Made by a program: the position numbers and the translations under genes. This document shows, in pieces, positions 1-12,102 of a stretch of DNA of 64,000 bases (positions are counted from its first letter, which is position 1; every line of letters starts with the position of its first letter). The notes beneath the pieces were generated by a model. That model worked only from the letters and a program-made list of their open reading frames with translations, did not search any database and was not told where the DNA came from. Origin of the DNA: Desulfobacterales bacterium (GTDB taxonomy: Bacteria > Desulfobacterota > Desulfobacteria > Desulfobacterales > UBA2174); the NCBI GenBank assembly GCA_963668645.2, contig CAXXWC010000020.1:128001-192000 (forward strand), written 5' to 3'.

Positions 1-1075
1 CCGGCTCGATGCCCTTGGCCTGAATGCTGCGGCCGCTGGGGGTGTAATAGCGGGCGATGGTCAGCTTGAGCCCGTACCCGTCGCGCAGGTTCTCCACTGT
101 CTGGACCGAACCCTTGCCGAAGGTGGTGGTTCCCAAAAGCAGGGCCCGGTGGTGGTCCTGGAGTGCGCCGGCGACGATTTCCGAGGCGCTGGCGCTGCCG
201 CCGTTGATCAACACCACGATGGGATATTTGGGCGGGTCGGAGTCCGGTTTGGCCTCGAAAAGCTTGGTGTGGCGCTTGAGGCGACCCTTGATGGAAAGGA
301 TGACGCCCTTTTCCAGAAAAAGGTCGGCGATTTGAATCGCCTGGGGCAGAAGCCCGCCGGGGTTGTCGCGCAAGTCGAGGATCAGCCCTTTGAGCGGGGC
401 TTCGGGCCGGTCGAGGGCGGCCAGGGCTTTTTCAAGATCGTCCGTGGTCTGATCCCGGAAGTGGGTGATCCAGACGTAGCCGTAGCCGGGCCGTAGCGAG
501 AGGCTGCGCACACTCTCGATGGGGATGACGTCCCGGATCAGATCGAAGTCGATGGGCTCCGGCTCACCTTCCCTGAGCAGGGTCACTTTCACGGGGGTTC
601 CCAGGGGGCCGCGCATCATCTTGACCGCCTCGCGCAGGTCACGGGTCGCCTTGCCGTCCACCTGGACGATCCGGTCTCCGGCCAAAATACCCGCCTTCCA
701 GGCCGGCGTGCCCTCGATGGGCGCCACCACTGTGATAAATCCGTCCTTGAGGCTGATGCTGATCCCGATTCCGGTGAATTCTCCGCGCGTATCGATCTTC
801 AAATCCTCGTAAGCCTCGGGCGGCAGCAGGGCCGAATGGGGATCGAGGCTGCTGACCATGCCTTGAATCGCCTTGTGGATCAAATCGGTGGTGTCCACCT
901 CGTCGACGTAGCTTTTTTCAATGATTTCGATCACGTCGGCAAAGGTTTTCAACCCCTTGTAGACATCTTCGTCGCTGGCGTGCAGGGTATATAAAAGCCC
1001 CGAAGCAGCTGTCCAGACCAGCAGCGCGGCGAGCATCGCGATCCAAACCCGCGGGCGGGTGGGTGAAGGGCTCAT
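1..1075 (-). CDS. ctpA: C-terminal processing protease, S41 family (runs off window edge)
   Basis: Manual translation from ATG 1075 (RBS GAGGAG): signal peptide, LDPHS, PDZ (GIGISI...APIEGTPA), LDLRDNPGG, catalytic SASASE and TFGKGSVQ, YYTPSGRSIQ; not in ORF track because truncated. Confidence 0.92.
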   Translation of the reverse strand, partial: MSPSPTRPRVWIAMLAALLVWTAASGLLYTLHASDEDVYKGLKTFADVIEIIEKSYVDEVDTTDLIHKAIQGMVSSLDPHSALLPPEAYEDLKIDTRGEFTGIGISISLKDGFITVVAPIEGTPAWKAGILAGDRIVQVDGKATRDLREAVKMMRGPLGTPVKVTLLREGEPEPIDFDLIRDVIPIESVRSLSLRPGYGYVWITHFRDQTTDDLEKALAALDRPEAPLKGLILDLRDNPGGLLPQAIQIADLFLEKGVILSIKGRLKRHTKLFEAKPDSDPPKYPIVVLINGGSASASEIVAGALQDHHRALLLGTTTFGKGSVQTVENLRDGYGLKLTIARYYTPSGRSIQAKGIEP

Positions 1076-1109
1076 CGAACAATCTCCTCATTGTTGCGCG
1101 TAGCGCGCG

Positions 1110-2498
1110 TCAACCCGTCTCGATCCATCCCGACGGGTCCATCGGTTTGCCGTGATGCCGGATTTCAAAATGGAGCATGGCGCCTTCCAGCGATCCGGTG
1201 TCACCGACGGTGGCGATGACTTCGTTGGCATTCACGGCGGCGCCTTTTGTCTTGAACAGGGCGTCGACGTGGGCATAGACGGTGTAATAAGCATCTCCGT
1301 GGTCGATAATGATCATGTTGCCGTAGCCGGTGAACCAATCCGCAAACAGGACGCGCCCCTTGTGAACGGCGCGGACCGGTTCTCCCCTTTCGGCCTGGAT
1401 GTCGATTCCGCTGCGGAAATTCATTACGTTGTACTGCGAATGACGATAGGGGCCGAAACGGTGAATAATTTTACCGCTGACCGGGAGGGTTAGCAAGCCC
1501 TTGCGTGCTTCGAAGGCCTGGATCTGCCCATCGGCGCCGGCTTTGGCCGGCGCCGGGTCGCCGAGGCTCTCGATGGCCTTATCCAAGCGTTGCGCCGCCT
1601 GCTGAAGAGCCTCGATCGCCGCCAGCTGGAAGGATTTCTGATCCTGGATTTCGGCGAGCAGCTTCTGGCGTTTTTCCCTTTCCCGGTTCACCGCCTGCAA
1701 CCGCACCTGAATATCGGCGGCCAGGGCTTCGTGGGTCTGCTGCTGTTCGCGGTGGGCCGTCATCAACGCGTCCAGGGCCGTGCGCTGGCCGGCCAGCCGT
1801 GCCAGTTTCTTTTCGTCGGCCGCCAGGATCTGGTTCAAGGCCTCTTCGCGATAGAGCAATTCGTTCACGCCGGGGGCCGCGGCCAGCACCTGAATCCGGC
1901 CGAGCCAGTAGAGTTTGTACAAAGCCGTCACCCGGCGGCTTGCCTGCCGGCCCAGCGCCTGTCGTTCGCGCCGTAAAGCGGCCATCTGGCCACGGGTCGC
2001 GGCCATGCGCCCCTCGAGGACGGCCATCTCTTTTTGCAGGCTGGCCAGCTGGCCGCGGGCTTGGTTGAGGCGCTGGCCGATCTCTTCCAGTTGGGCCACC
2101 ACGGCCCGTTCCCGGGAGTCGATGGCGGCCACTTCGGCCCTGCCGGCGGCGATCTGCCGCTCGATGGCTTCGGCCCGCTGCTGCAGGCGATCCCGGTTTT
2201 GCACCGGGGCGGCCATCTCGACATAATCCTTGTCCGCGTATAAAAATCCGAGGCCCCCGTCAAAGGTGATCTTGAGCCATCCGGATTTGCGATCCAGGAC
2301 CGTGATCCGGTCTCCCCGGGCAAGGGTTCCCAGAATCTTTGCCTCCAAACTCGGTTGGGCCCGGACGTTGAGCCGGGCCACCCTGACCACCGCCTTGCAG
2401 TCCGCGCCCCAGGCCGGCGCCGCCAGGAGGGTCAGGCCCAGCAGGAGCCTCAGGCCGATCTGAGAAACTGTTTGAGCGATACGCAACACCCCAGCCAT
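1110..2498 (-). CDS. envC: SH3b + coiled-coil + M23 murein hydrolase activator (EnvC-like); start uncertain
   Basis: LNVRAQPS SH3b motif, long coiled coil, GIDI/GYGNMIIIDHG/LHFEIR; lies after ftsEX. Confidence 0.8.
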   Translation of the reverse strand: MAGVLRIAQTVSQIGLRLLLGLTLLAAPAWGADCKAVVRVARLNVRAQPSLEAKILGTLARGDRITVLDRKSGWLKITFDGGLGFLYADKDYVEMAAPVQNRDRLQQRAEAIERQIAAGRAEVAAIDSRERAVVAQLEEIGQRLNQARGQLASLQKEMAVLEGRMAATRGQMAALRRERQALGRQASRRVTALYKLYWLGRIQVLAAAPGVNELLYREEALNQILAADEKKLARLAGQRTALDALMTAHREQQQTHEALAADIQVRLQAVNREREKRQKLLAEIQDQKSFQLAAIEALQQAAQRLDKAIESLGDPAPAKAGADGQIQAFEARKGLLTLPVSGKIIHRFGPYRHSQYNVMNFRSGIDIQAERGEPVRAVHKGRVLFADWFTGYGNMIIIDHGDAYYTVYAHVDALFKTKGAAVNANEVIATVGDTGSLEGAMLHFEIRHHGKPMDPSGWIETG

Positions 2499-3331
2499 CC
2501 GACGAACATGCCGGCGGCGATCGCCGCCAGGCCGTTGTGCCATGGTAAAAAACGCAAAGCAAAGCCGAATCCGCCCAAACCGGCGCTCATGTTGGCATGG
2601 GCCGCCAGATAGATGCCGTAAAGGATCACCAGCCCCAAAAGCCCGCCGGCGGCACCCTGCAGCAAGGCTTCAATGTAAAAGGGGGTGCGGATGAAAGGTT
2701 CACTGGCCCCCACCAGGCGCATGATGGTCAACTCTTGCTGGCGGTTGTATAGGATCAGGCGAATGGTATTGGCCACAAAAAAGACGGCCGCCAGAAAAAA
2801 GAGGACCCCCAGTCCATAGCCGGCCAGGCGGAAAAGCTCCAAAAGCCCGCCGAAGCGCTTGAGCCACTGCTGGCCGTAGGAAACCTCCTCGATCCCTTCC
2901 AAAGATTCGATTTGCGCGGCCAGGGCGGCAACCCGGGCCGGGTCCAGGGCCTCGGGTTTAAGATCGATCTCGAAGGCGTCGGGCAGCGGATTTTCTTCCA
3001 GGCCGTCCAACAGCGATGCCCGGTCGCCCATTTGACGGCGCAACCGTTCCATGGCCGCATCGCGGCCGATGAAACGGGCTTCGCGCACTTCGGCCATCTG
3101 CTGCAGATGGTACTTGATTTCCAGGCGTTTGGCCTCGGAAAGGTCCGCTTCGAGATAAGCCATCAGCCGGATCCCCTGGCGCCAGGAGTCGAGCAGGTCG
3201 CTGGCGTTGACGAAGAACAGCCCGAAGGCGCCCACGATGACCACCGCCAGGGCGATGGTCATCACGGTAACCGCGTTGAGAAAACGATTGGCGGCGATAT
3301 CTTGAAAAGCCCTGCGCAGGTAAGGGATCAT
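2450..3331 (-). CDS. ftsX: Cell division permease FtsX
   Basis: ENPLPDAF, NTIRL...IMRLVGAS.FIR.PF..E motifs; downstream of ftsE. Confidence 0.93.
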   Translation of the reverse strand: MIPYLRRAFQDIAANRFLNAVTVMTIALAVVIVGAFGLFFVNASDLLDSWRQGIRLMAYLEADLSEAKRLEIKYHLQQMAEVREARFIGRDAAMERLRRQMGDRASLLDGLEENPLPDAFEIDLKPEALDPARVAALAAQIESLEGIEEVSYGQQWLKRFGGLLELFRLAGYGLGVLFFLAAVFFVANTIRLILYNRQQELTIMRLVGASEPFIRTPFYIEALLQGAAGGLLGLVILYGIYLAAHANMSAGLGGFGFALRFLPWHNGLAAIAAGMFVGWLGCCVSLKQFLRSA

Positions 3332-3370
3332 GTCAGTATGGCAGATGAAAGATTGAAATGTCCGTCATTG

Positions 3371-4093
3371 TCAGGCGGCCTGGGTTTCGGCGATCCGTCC
3401 CCCCACAAGGCGGATCACCCTTGCCGGGATACGTTGGATCAAGTGCTGGTCGTGGGTGGCCAGTACAACCGTTCCCCCCCTGAGATGAAAGCGGCGGATC
3501 AATTCGAGCACGACCTCGGCCGAGTCGCTGTCCAGGCTACCGGTCGGTTCGTCGGCCAGCAGAATCAACGGATCGCCCACCACAGCCCGGGCCACGGCCA
3601 CCCGCTGCTGCTCGCCGCCCGAAAGGCTCGGCGGCAGGGCGTCTCTTCGATGGGCCATGTTTACCGTTTTCAACACCCGTTGAACCTTTTGCTCCAGGAG
3701 CCGCCTTTTGACTCCGGCGGCTTCGAGGACCAGCGCCACATTTTCGAAAACCGTTCGCGTGGCAATCAGTTTATAGTCCTGGAAAACGATCCCCAACTTG
3801 CGCCGCAGGATCGGAATCCGGCGCCGGTCGATGCGCGCCAGATTCATGCCGTCCACCAGGACCTGGCCCTGGCTGGCGCTTACTCCCAGGTAGATCAGTT
3901 TGAGCAAGGTGGTCTTGCCCGCGCCGCTGGGACCGGTGATGAAAATGAATTCGTTCTTGGCGATGTCCAGGTTGATTCCGTCCAGGGCGTTGTGGGCCCC
4001 GTATCGCCGAGTCACACCGAACATCCGGATGATGGCATTTTTTTCCGCCGCTGGCACGCCGATGCCGGTCCATGAAGGATCCGCGGCCGTCAT
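3371..4093 (-). CDS. ftsE: Cell division ABC ATPase FtsE
   Basis: [32 protein letters not shown]; adjacent to ftsX. Confidence 0.93.
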   Translation of the reverse strand: MTAADPSWTGIGVPAAEKNAIIRMFGVTRRYGAHNALDGINLDIAKNEFIFITGPSGAGKTTLLKLIYLGVSASQGQVLVDGMNLARIDRRRIPILRRKLGIVFQDYKLIATRTVFENVALVLEAAGVKRRLLEQKVQRVLKTVNMAHRRDALPPSLSGGEQQRVAVARAVVGDPLILLADEPTGSLDSDSAEVVLELIRRFHLRGGTVVLATHDQHLIQRIPARVIRLVGGRIAETQAA

Positions 4094-4272
4094 GGGCGGC
4101 GTGCTACGCCCATTGCACCGATGGGCTGGGCGGTGTTTTGCCGGGAATTTTGACAGGCGTTGAACAATGGCGTGGCTTCCAAACTGCGGCCCTTTGGGAT
4201 TGACCGCTACAAGATTCGCTGCTATGCGGGAGGCGAGTTCAGGGAGTGCTGCCAACAGTTTTCCCTGCTCGG

Positions 4273-4325
4273 AGCCTCCACTGAGTCCCGCAGACCCGCT
4301 TCTTCCGTTTCAGTGGAGGCTTTTT
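4273..4325 (+). terminator. Intrinsic terminator-like hairpin in pyrE leader
   Basis: Perfect 12-bp stem AGCCTCCACTGA/TCAGTGGAGGCT followed by a T run. Confidence 0.55.
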
Positions 4326-4383
4326 AATATCAAATCAGACAGTTAATATCAACCCTGGTGTCAACCCAGCCAGAGCCCGGATC

Positions 4384-4956
4384 ATGCTTTCGATGAAAAC
4401 CGAATTGATCGATCTACTGTGCCAAAAGTCTTTCAAATACAGTCAAACACCCTGCTTTCGGCTTGTTTCAGGCCGCATGAGCCATTTTTACGTCAACTGC
4501 AAACCCGCCACCCTTCATCCCCGGGGGATGTTTCTCGTGGGGCATCTGGTTTTCGAGGCCCTGCGGGATCTTGAACTGGACGGGGTGGGCGGGCTGACCT
4601 TCGGCGCGGACCCCATCGCCGTGGCCACAGCCTTTGCCTCCCAGCTCCAGCAGCACCCCATGAAAGCATTTTCCATTCGCAAAGACCAGAAGGATCACGG
4701 GATCGTGAAATGGATCGAGGGGGACCTGGCCCCCGGCCAGAAAGTGGCGGTGGTCGACGATGTGGCCACCACCGGCGGTTCGACCCTCAAGGCTGTCGAG
4801 CGGGCCCGCGCCGAAGGCCTCGAGGTGGTACGTGCCGTGGTTTTGGTGGATCGCCAGGAGGGTGGGATGGAAAATATCCGCCAGTCGGTGGCCGATGCGG
4901 TGGCCATCGTCACCCGCGACGAATTGATGGCCCATCTGGGGATTGCGACGGGTTGA
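4384..4956 (+). CDS. pyrE: Orotate phosphoribosyltransferase
   Basis: F.LVSG..S.FY, RK..KDHG, PRPP motif [11 protein letters not shown]. Confidence 0.93.
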   Translation: MLSMKTELIDLLCQKSFKYSQTPCFRLVSGRMSHFYVNCKPATLHPRGMFLVGHLVFEALRDLELDGVGGLTFGADPIAVATAFASQLQQHPMKAFSIRKDQKDHGIVKWIEGDLAPGQKVAVVDDVATTGGSTLKAVERARAEGLEVVRAVVLVDRQEGGMENIRQSVADAVAIVTRDELMAHLGIATG

Positions 4957-5041
4957 GTTGGCGCGGCGCTGGAAATTGAGTGCCACCGCACCGGCCTTTT
5001 TCGCCGTGCAAGGGCGGTCAGCAAATTTTGGCAGGAAGGCA

Positions 5042-5413
5042 TCAAGGCCGGTAGGTCGCGCAGGCGTTGTCCGATTCCCAGGCCGATACCCGCGAGACGC
5101 GCACGCCGGTATGCGCGAGCCGCTGCTGGAGTTCTCGGGCCACGAAGGTGGCGATATGTTCCGACGACGGCGGCACCTCCTCGCCGAACCATTCCAGTTC
5201 GTTTAGAAAGCGGTGGTCGAGAAGCGCCATGATCTCGCGCACGTGGCCTTTGAGAATGCCGAAATCGATCAGTACGCCGCCGGCGTCCAACCGCTCGCCG
5301 GTGACACAGGCTTCGATCTTCCAGTTGTGGCCGTGGAGGTTTTCACATTTCTCGCCTACCATCGTGAGCCGGTGGGCGGCGGCAAAGCCGGTGACGACTT
5401 TCAGTTCGTACAT
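5042..5413 (-). CDS. queD: 6-carboxytetrahydropterin synthase
   Basis: FAAAHRL, CENLHGHNW, DFG.LK, LDH..LN, PSSE, WES. Confidence 0.92.
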   Translation of the reverse strand: MYELKVVTGFAAAHRLTMVGEKCENLHGHNWKIEACVTGERLDAGGVLIDFGILKGHVREIMALLDHRFLNELEWFGEEVPPSSEHIATFVARELQQRLAHTGVRVSRVSAWESDNACATYRP

Positions 5414-5486
5414 GCGCAAATCCTGATCTCCGGGCGGCAACGGCCGGCCCTATCATCTGATTTTGTCCGTCAAGAGGTCCGGCGTT

Positions 5487-6599
5487 TCAATTGGCCGCCT
5501 TGGCGCTGGTCTTGAGTATGTTTTTGAGCTTGCTGCTCAGCTTGCCCGGTTCGAGGCTGGCAAATTCCGCCAGCAGCTTTTCCTGCTTGCGGCTCAGATT
5601 GGTGGGAGTGCGCACCAGAACCTGGATGATCTGGTCGCCCCGCGAACCGTTGCGCAAAGAGGGGATCCCTTCGCCGCGAAGACGGAACACATCGCCGAAC
5701 TGGGTGCCCTTGGGGATATCGAGGTTCTTTTCGCCTTTGAGGGTCGGCACCTGAATTTCCGCGCCCAGCGTCGCCTGAATCATCGAAATCGGCACCTGGC
5801 AAATAACGTCGTTCCCGTCGCGTTTAAAAAAGTCGTGTTCCTCCACATGGACCACGACATACAGATCCCCCGGCGGGCCGCCGCGAGCCCCGGTCTCGCC
5901 TTCCCCGGAGAGGCGCAGCCGGCTGCCGGTATCCACACCGCCGGGAATCTTTACCGAGACGCGCTTGGTGGCCATCACGTGCCCGCTGGCGCGGCATTTG
6001 CGGCACGGGTGGGCGATGACCTGACCCCGCCCGCCGCATCGCGGGCAATTGGTGCGCACGGTAAAAAAGCCCTGGCTGCGCTGCACCTGGCCTACGCCGT
6101 GGCACTGGCTGCACGTTTCCGGAGAGGTTCCCGGAGCGCACCCCGATCCGCCGCACTCCGGGCATCGTTCGCGCTTTTCCAGTTCGATGGCCCGTTCCAC
6201 CCCGAAAGCCGCTTCCATAAAGGAGAGCTTCAGATCGTAGCGCAGATCCGCCCCGCGCTGGACCCGGCTGCGACCGGAACGCCGGCCGCCGAAGCCGAAC
6301 AGGTCCTCGAAGATGTTGCCGAAACTGGAAAAAATATCCTCGAAGCCGCCGAACCCGGTAAAGCCGCTGCCCTCCAGCCCGGCGTGTCCGTACTGGTCGT
6401 AAATCTGCCGCTTCTGGGGATCGCGCAAAACCTCGTAAGCCTCGGCGGCTTCCTTGAATTGTTCTTCGGCCGAATGATCCCCGGGATTGCGGTCCGGGTG
6501 GTACTTCAGGGCCAGCTTGCGATAAGCGCTTTTCAAATCGGTGTCGGACGCTTGACGTCCGACGCCGAGCACCTCGTAATAGTCGCGCTTGGAGCTCAT
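5487..6599 (-). CDS. dnaJ: Chaperone DnaJ
   Basis: J-domain HPD, G/F region, four CxxCxGxG-type zinc motifs. Confidence 0.96.
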   Translation of the reverse strand: MSSKRDYYEVLGVGRQASDTDLKSAYRKLALKYHPDRNPGDHSAEEQFKEAAEAYEVLRDPQKRQIYDQYGHAGLEGSGFTGFGGFEDIFSSFGNIFEDLFGFGGRRSGRSRVQRGADLRYDLKLSFMEAAFGVERAIELEKRERCPECGGSGCAPGTSPETCSQCHGVGQVQRSQGFFTVRTNCPRCGGRGQVIAHPCRKCRASGHVMATKRVSVKIPGGVDTGSRLRLSGEGETGARGGPPGDLYVVVHVEEHDFFKRDGNDVICQVPISMIQATLGAEIQVPTLKGEKNLDIPKGTQFGDVFRLRGEGIPSLRNGSRGDQIIQVLVRTPTNLSRKQEKLLAEFASLEPGKLSSKLKNILKTSAKAAN

Positions 6600-6696
6600 T
6601 GTCCTACCTGCTGCGTTGTGATCCTGGTTAAACGATGAAAACAGACGACGGAGAGACGACAAATATCGTTTTAATTTAAGATTCCGGCCGCTTTTG

Positions 6697-8352
6697 TCAA
6701 CCGAGATGGCCGCGCCGCAGCACCGTATCCTTGAGCCAGCGCCGGTCGTCGCGCTGGGGGTATTCGATGTTGTAGTGCAGGCCCCGGCTTTCCTTGCGAT
6801 GCTGGGCGCAGCGCACGATCAATTCGGCCACCGTGGCGATGTTGCGCAGCTCGATGAGGTAGGACTCCACCTTGAAGTCCCAATAGTACTCGCGAATTTC
6901 TTTCTGGATGGTTTCGACGCGCCGCCGGGCGCGGTCCAGGCGTTTGTCCGAGCGCACGATGCCCACATAATTCCACATGCAGCGGCGGATTTCGTCCCAG
7001 TTGTGGGAGACGACGATCCTCTCGTCGCTGTCGCTGGTGCCCACCTCGTCCCAGGGTTGCGGCGCCGGGGCGGCGGAAAAATCGAGAGACTCCAGATCCT
7101 GGCAGGCTTGCCGGGCCGCCTGGTCGGCATAAACCAGGGCTTCGATGAGCGAGTTGCTCGCCAGGCGGTTGGCCCCGTGAAGACCGGTGCAGGCGGTCTC
7201 GCCCACGGCATAGAGGCGCTGGATATCGGTTTTTCCGAGCATGTCGGTGACCACACCGCCGCACATGTAATGGGCCGCCGGGACTACCGGCAAGGGCTGG
7301 CGGGTCATGTCGAAACCGAATTCCAGGCAGCGCCGGTGGAGGTTGGGAAAGCGCTGACGGACGAAATCAGCCGGCCGGTGGGAGATGTCCAGATAGACCG
7401 CCTCGTCTCCGCTCTGCTTCAGTTCGGTGTCGATGGCCCGGGCCACCACATCCCGGCAGGCCAGATCCTTGCGCGGGTCGTACTTGTGCATGAAGGGGTG
7501 GCCGGCATGGTCCACCAACACGCCGCCCTCGCCCCGCACGGCCTCTGAAATCAGAAAGTTCTTGGCCTCCGGATGATAGAGGCAGGTGGGGTGGAACTGA
7601 ACGAATTCGAGGTTGGCCACCGTGGCCCCGGCCCGGTAGGCCATGGCGATGCCGTCGCCGGTGGCCACGTCCGGATTGCTGGTATACATGTAGACCTTGC
7701 CGGCCCCGCCGGTGGCCAGCAGCGTGATTTTGGCCGCGATGGTCTTGACCTGCTGGGTGCGCCGGTCGAGCACATAGGCGCCCAGACAGACGTTTTCGTA
7801 CCCGGTGGTCACCATTCCACGCTTCATGCGCGTCGAACAGGTGATCAGGTCGATGGCGATGTGTTCTTCGTAAAGATCGATCCGCGGTTCGCTGTGCACA
7901 TGGCTTACCAGAACCCGTTCGAGTTCCAGGCCGGTCATGTCCTGGGCATGCACGATCCGTTTCTGACTGTGACCGCCCTCCTGCCCCAGGTCGAGATCGC
8001 CGGCCTGGGGGTCGCCCTTGCGGGACTGGCTGAGGTTGAATTTGACCCCCAGGTCGATCAGCTCCCGGATCCTCTCTGGACCGTTGTGCACCACCAGTTC
8101 CACCACATCGCTGTGGCAAAGACCGTCGCCGGCCTCCAGGGTGTCGCGGATGTGCAGGTCGAAGGAATCGAGTTGCCCGAAGACCGAGGCGATGCCTCCC
8201 TGGGCGTGGGTGGTGTTGCTTTCCATGATGTCTTTTTTGGTGACCAGCGCCACGCGGCCGTAAGGGGCCACTTTCAAAGCGAAGGCCAGTCCGGCGACGC
8301 CGCTGCCGATCACCAAAAAATCGGCGGTAATGCTTGTATCGTTGGTAGGCAT
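6697..8352 (-). CDS. nadB: L-aspartate oxidase
   Basis: [50 protein letters not shown]. Confidence 0.95.
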   Translation of the reverse strand: MPTNDTSITADFLVIGSGVAGLAFALKVAPYGRVALVTKKDIMESNTTHAQGGIASVFGQLDSFDLHIRDTLEAGDGLCHSDVVELVVHNGPERIRELIDLGVKFNLSQSRKGDPQAGDLDLGQEGGHSQKRIVHAQDMTGLELERVLVSHVHSEPRIDLYEEHIAIDLITCSTRMKRGMVTTGYENVCLGAYVLDRRTQQVKTIAAKITLLATGGAGKVYMYTSNPDVATGDGIAMAYRAGATVANLEFVQFHPTCLYHPEAKNFLISEAVRGEGGVLVDHAGHPFMHKYDPRKDLACRDVVARAIDTELKQSGDEAVYLDISHRPADFVRQRFPNLHRRCLEFGFDMTRQPLPVVPAAHYMCGGVVTDMLGKTDIQRLYAVGETACTGLHGANRLASNSLIEALVYADQAARQACQDLESLDFSAAPAPQPWDEVGTSDSDERIVVSHNWDEIRRCMWNYVGIVRSDKRLDRARRRVETIQKEIREYYWDFKVESYLIELRNIATVAELIVRCAQHRKESRGLHYNIEYPQRDDRRWLKDTVLRRGHLG

Positions 8353-8371
8353 CAATCTGTTTTCCTGTCGG

Positions 8372-9022
8372 TTAGTAAAGCTTCGAGGTGCGCCGGCGGG
8401 CCATCGCCAGGCCGATGAGCAGCCCGGCCAGCAGTACCATGGCGCCGGCCAGAAACCAGCGGATCGTGCGCTCGCGGCCCGCTTCCGCCGCCAGACGGCG
8501 GCATTGGTCCAGCTCGCCGGTTTTCTGAGCGAGCTGTTTTCGGGTGCTGGCCAGGGCCTGGTTCAGTTCCGGGTCCCCGGCGGCCTGCTTTTCTAGTGCC
8601 TCATAGGCCTGGCGTGCCGCGTCGAGTTCGAAACGCACTTCGGCCAGGGTGCTTTCCAGCTTCAATTTTTCATCCAGCAAAGCGGCCAGCTCCTCTGCGG
8701 GCTGGCCGCTGCTGCTGCGTTTCAAGGCTGCCAATTCGCGCTCCAGCTGACGGAGTTTCAGTGCATTGGGCGTCGTATCGGTGAGCAGGCGGGTCAACAC
8801 CCAGCCCTCGCCTCCTTCCCCGGCGCGCACCCGGGACCATTCGCCGCCCTCCTCGAGCACCTCCACCCGGTCCCCGGAGCGCAGCACCGTGATCACCCGG
8901 TGGTCGTAGCCGGGCCCGGCGCGCAAGGTGACCTGGATCACATCGTTTATGTAGAGCGCCCGGGCGGCGTGCGCCGTAACGGCAGCCAGCAGCATCCCTA
9001 TCACCAGACCGGTCATTCTCAT
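8372..9022 (-). CDS. SH3-domain membrane-anchored protein (YgiM/TIGR04211-like)
   Basis: Signal peptide, YI.D...TLR.GPG, EGWV, coiled coil, C-terminal TM WFLAGA. Confidence 0.8.
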   Translation of the reverse strand: MRMTGLVIGMLLAAVTAHAARALYINDVIQVTLRAGPGYDHRVITVLRSGDRVEVLEEGGEWSRVRAGEGGEGWVLTRLLTDTTPNALKLRQLERELAALKRSSSGQPAEELAALLDEKLKLESTLAEVRFELDAARQAYEALEKQAAGDPELNQALASTRKQLAQKTGELDQCRRLAAEAGRERTIRWFLAGAMVLLAGLLIGLAMARRRTSKLY

Positions 9023-9302
9023 GGCTTTCCTCGTTTTTTTCAATCGTTGCGCCATGCCGGGCGACAGGCGTCGCTCGGGCGCAGCGTCCAGACGATCCCG
9101 AAAAAGCTCGGGTTCTTGTATCGGAAAAAAGGGCTGGCGGTGTCAACAAATTCTTTGAATGGCGTGAAACCTGTGGTACTTTCGGCCTGCCGGCAGCGGT
9201 TGACGCACCGGCGGTGCGAGGCCGAGGCGCTTTCCCACCAAACGGCGGTGGCGCATCGGTTTTTTTACGATGGCTTTATGGTTTAAACCGACCCGAGACA
9301 CC

Positions 9303-9719
9303 ATGATCGCCTACGATTTGCAGTGCTCCCAGGGGCATACCTTCGAGGGCTGGTTCGACGACGAAAAAGCCTTCAAGCAGCAGCAGGAAACCGGGCTCGT
9401 CACGTGCCCGGTTTGCAGCGACGCCATGGTTGAGCGCATCCCTTCAACCTTCGCCATCCGCGGATCCAACCCCGGCGGCGATGTCAAAGACCCCCAGGTC
9501 CTTCAGGCCATTCAGCAGCGGCTATCCGCTTTTGTGCACGACCACTTCGACGATGTGGGCACCGATTTTGCCAAAGAAGCCCTCAAGATGCATTACGGGG
9601 TGGCCGAGGCGCGCAATATCCGCGGCGTCAGCACGCTCCAGGAAGAAAAGCTGCTGCGCGAGGAGGGGGTCGAATTTCTGAAAGTTCCCGTTCCGGTCAA
9701 ACCGGAATCGGATGCCTGA
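9303..9719 (+). CDS. DUF1178 family protein
   Basis: YDLQC..GH.FEGWF, CPVC, F.DVG..FA.EALKMHYG. Confidence 0.85.
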   Translation: MIAYDLQCSQGHTFEGWFDDEKAFKQQQETGLVTCPVCSDAMVERIPSTFAIRGSNPGGDVKDPQVLQAIQQRLSAFVHDHFDDVGTDFAKEALKMHYGVAEARNIRGVSTLQEEKLLREEGVEFLKVPVPVKPESDA

Positions 9720-9730
9720 CACGATTTTCG

Positions 9731-10237
9731 TCACCCTTTTCTTAGATGGCGCAGGATGTGGCCCAGTTCGGGAAAGATCAACTCCCGGCAGGCCAACTGG
9801 CAGGCCTTGAGGCTGCCCGGCATGCAGAAAACCACCGCTCCGGCCATGGTTCCGGCGGCGGCCCGCGAAAGCATGGCAGCGCTGTCCACCTGATCGAAGC
9901 TCAGGTGGGTGAAAAGGATGGCGAAGCCGGTCAATTCCTTGTCGAACAGAGGCCGCAGGGCCTCGATGGTCACGTCGGCCGGCGACAAGCCGGTGCCGCC
10001 GTTGACCAGAAGGGAGTCCAGCGCATGCGCGGCAATGGCCTGGGTGGCGCTGCGGGCGATGATGGCGCGATCGTCGGTAACCACCTGGTGAAAGACAACG
10101 GTATGCCCTTCACGGCCGGCGCTTTTGGCGATCCAGTGGCCGCTTTGATCCTCGTCCAGCCCCCGGGTGGTCGAAACGGTCAAGACCCCCACCCGCAACC
10201 GGGTCGGCGCATCGGCCTTGTGTGCGCGGGTGCTCAC
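9731..10237 (-). CDS. moaB: Molybdenum cofactor biosynthesis protein MoaB/Mog family
   Basis: GGTG....DVT.EA, LSRA.AG, PGS..AC. Confidence 0.85.
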   Translation of the reverse strand: MSTRAHKADAPTRLRVGVLTVSTTRGLDEDQSGHWIAKSAGREGHTVVFHQVVTDDRAIIARSATQAIAAHALDSLLVNGGTGLSPADVTIEALRPLFDKELTGFAILFTHLSFDQVDSAAMLSRAAAGTMAGAVVFCMPGSLKACQLACRELIFPELGHILRHLRKG

Positions 10238-10273
10238 GTGCGATTCCTTTCGTTTTGGCCAAGGATGGCGGCA

Positions 10274-11048
<775 letters not shown>

Positions 11049-11110
11049 GCCATGATCGGGTCTAACGATTGCGGCACTCGACGCGTACCGGGGAGCTTTC
11101 CGCAAATACG

Positions 11111-11725
11111 ATGAACACCAATTGCACCGGAGTGATTCTGGCCGGCGGACTCAGCAGCCGTTTCGGCGGACAGCCCAAGGCCATGTTAAAGGTCGGCGGA
11201 CGGCGGATCATCGATCGGGTGCTCGGGGTTTTCGCCGGGCTTTTCCCGCAGATCATGCTGGTGACCAACGATCCGGAGGATTATCTCGAGTGGGATCTGC
11301 CCCTGGTGACTGATATCTATCCGGTTCACGCCTCGCTGAACGGTTTGCATGCCGGTCTTTTTTACACCCGCACGCCATACGCATTTTTCTCGGCCTGCGA
11401 TACCCCCTTTTTAAGCCCGGCCCTGGTGCGGGCCGTGCTGGAGCGCATCCGGCCGACGGTGGACGTGGTCCTGCCGGTCACCGAGAAGGGTACCGAGCCG
11501 CTGGCCGCGGTCTATTCCCGGCACTGCCTCGAGGCCGTCGAGAGGCAGCTGGCGCGCGGGGATTTTAAGATCGATGATTTTTTGCGCAGGGTGCGGGTCA
11601 GCCGGATGATGGAGCCTCAACTGAGACGGGTGGACCCGCAGCTCGACTCTTTTTTCAACATCAACACCCCCCGGGATCTTGAAACGGCCTGCGCCAGGGC
11701 CGCCGCCGAGGCCCAGGAGGGATGA
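11111..11725 (+). CDS. mobA: Molybdenum cofactor guanylyltransferase
   Basis: ILAGG.SSRFG..KA, ACD.PF, EPL.A.Y, FFNINTP.D. Confidence 0.9.
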   Translation: MNTNCTGVILAGGLSSRFGGQPKAMLKVGGRRIIDRVLGVFAGLFPQIMLVTNDPEDYLEWDLPLVTDIYPVHASLNGLHAGLFYTRTPYAFFSACDTPFLSPALVRAVLERIRPTVDVVLPVTEKGTEPLAAVYSRHCLEAVERQLARGDFKIDDFLRRVRVSRMMEPQLRRVDPQLDSFFNINTPRDLETACARAAAEAQEG

Positions 11726-12102
11726 AATCGGAGCCCGACATGGATCTTGCCGCTTTATTGGCCCGCGTGAAAAACCATCCTCACTATGACCGGGTGGGGA
11801 TGATCCTTTGCCACAACGGAGTGGTGCGCGGCACGGCCAGGGATGGTCGCCCGGTACGCGGTTTGCGCGTTGCGGTGGACAGCCGGCGCCTGGAAGAAAT
11901 CCTGGAAACCTACCGGGCCCGGGACGGAATTGTGGATATCCTGGTGGAGATTGCCGCCGATCGGGATCTGGCCGTGGGTGATGACGTCATGCTGCTCATC
12001 GTGGCCGGAGACGTGCGGGAAAACGTGATCCGGACCCTCGAAGCCGCACTCAACGACATCAAGAGCACCGTAACCCGAAAGACCGAGTTTTTTACCGGTT
12101 AA
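11722..12102 (+). CDS. moaE: Molybdopterin synthase catalytic subunit MoaE-like
   Basis: GM...H.G.VR, L.VGD, VAGD.R, IK....K.E; Moco gene context. Confidence 0.8.
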   Translation: MKSEPDMDLAALLARVKNHPHYDRVGMILCHNGVVRGTARDGRPVRGLRVAVDSRRLEEILETYRARDGIVDILVEIAADRDLAVGDDVMLLIVAGDVRENVIRTLEAALNDIKSTVTRKTEFFTG

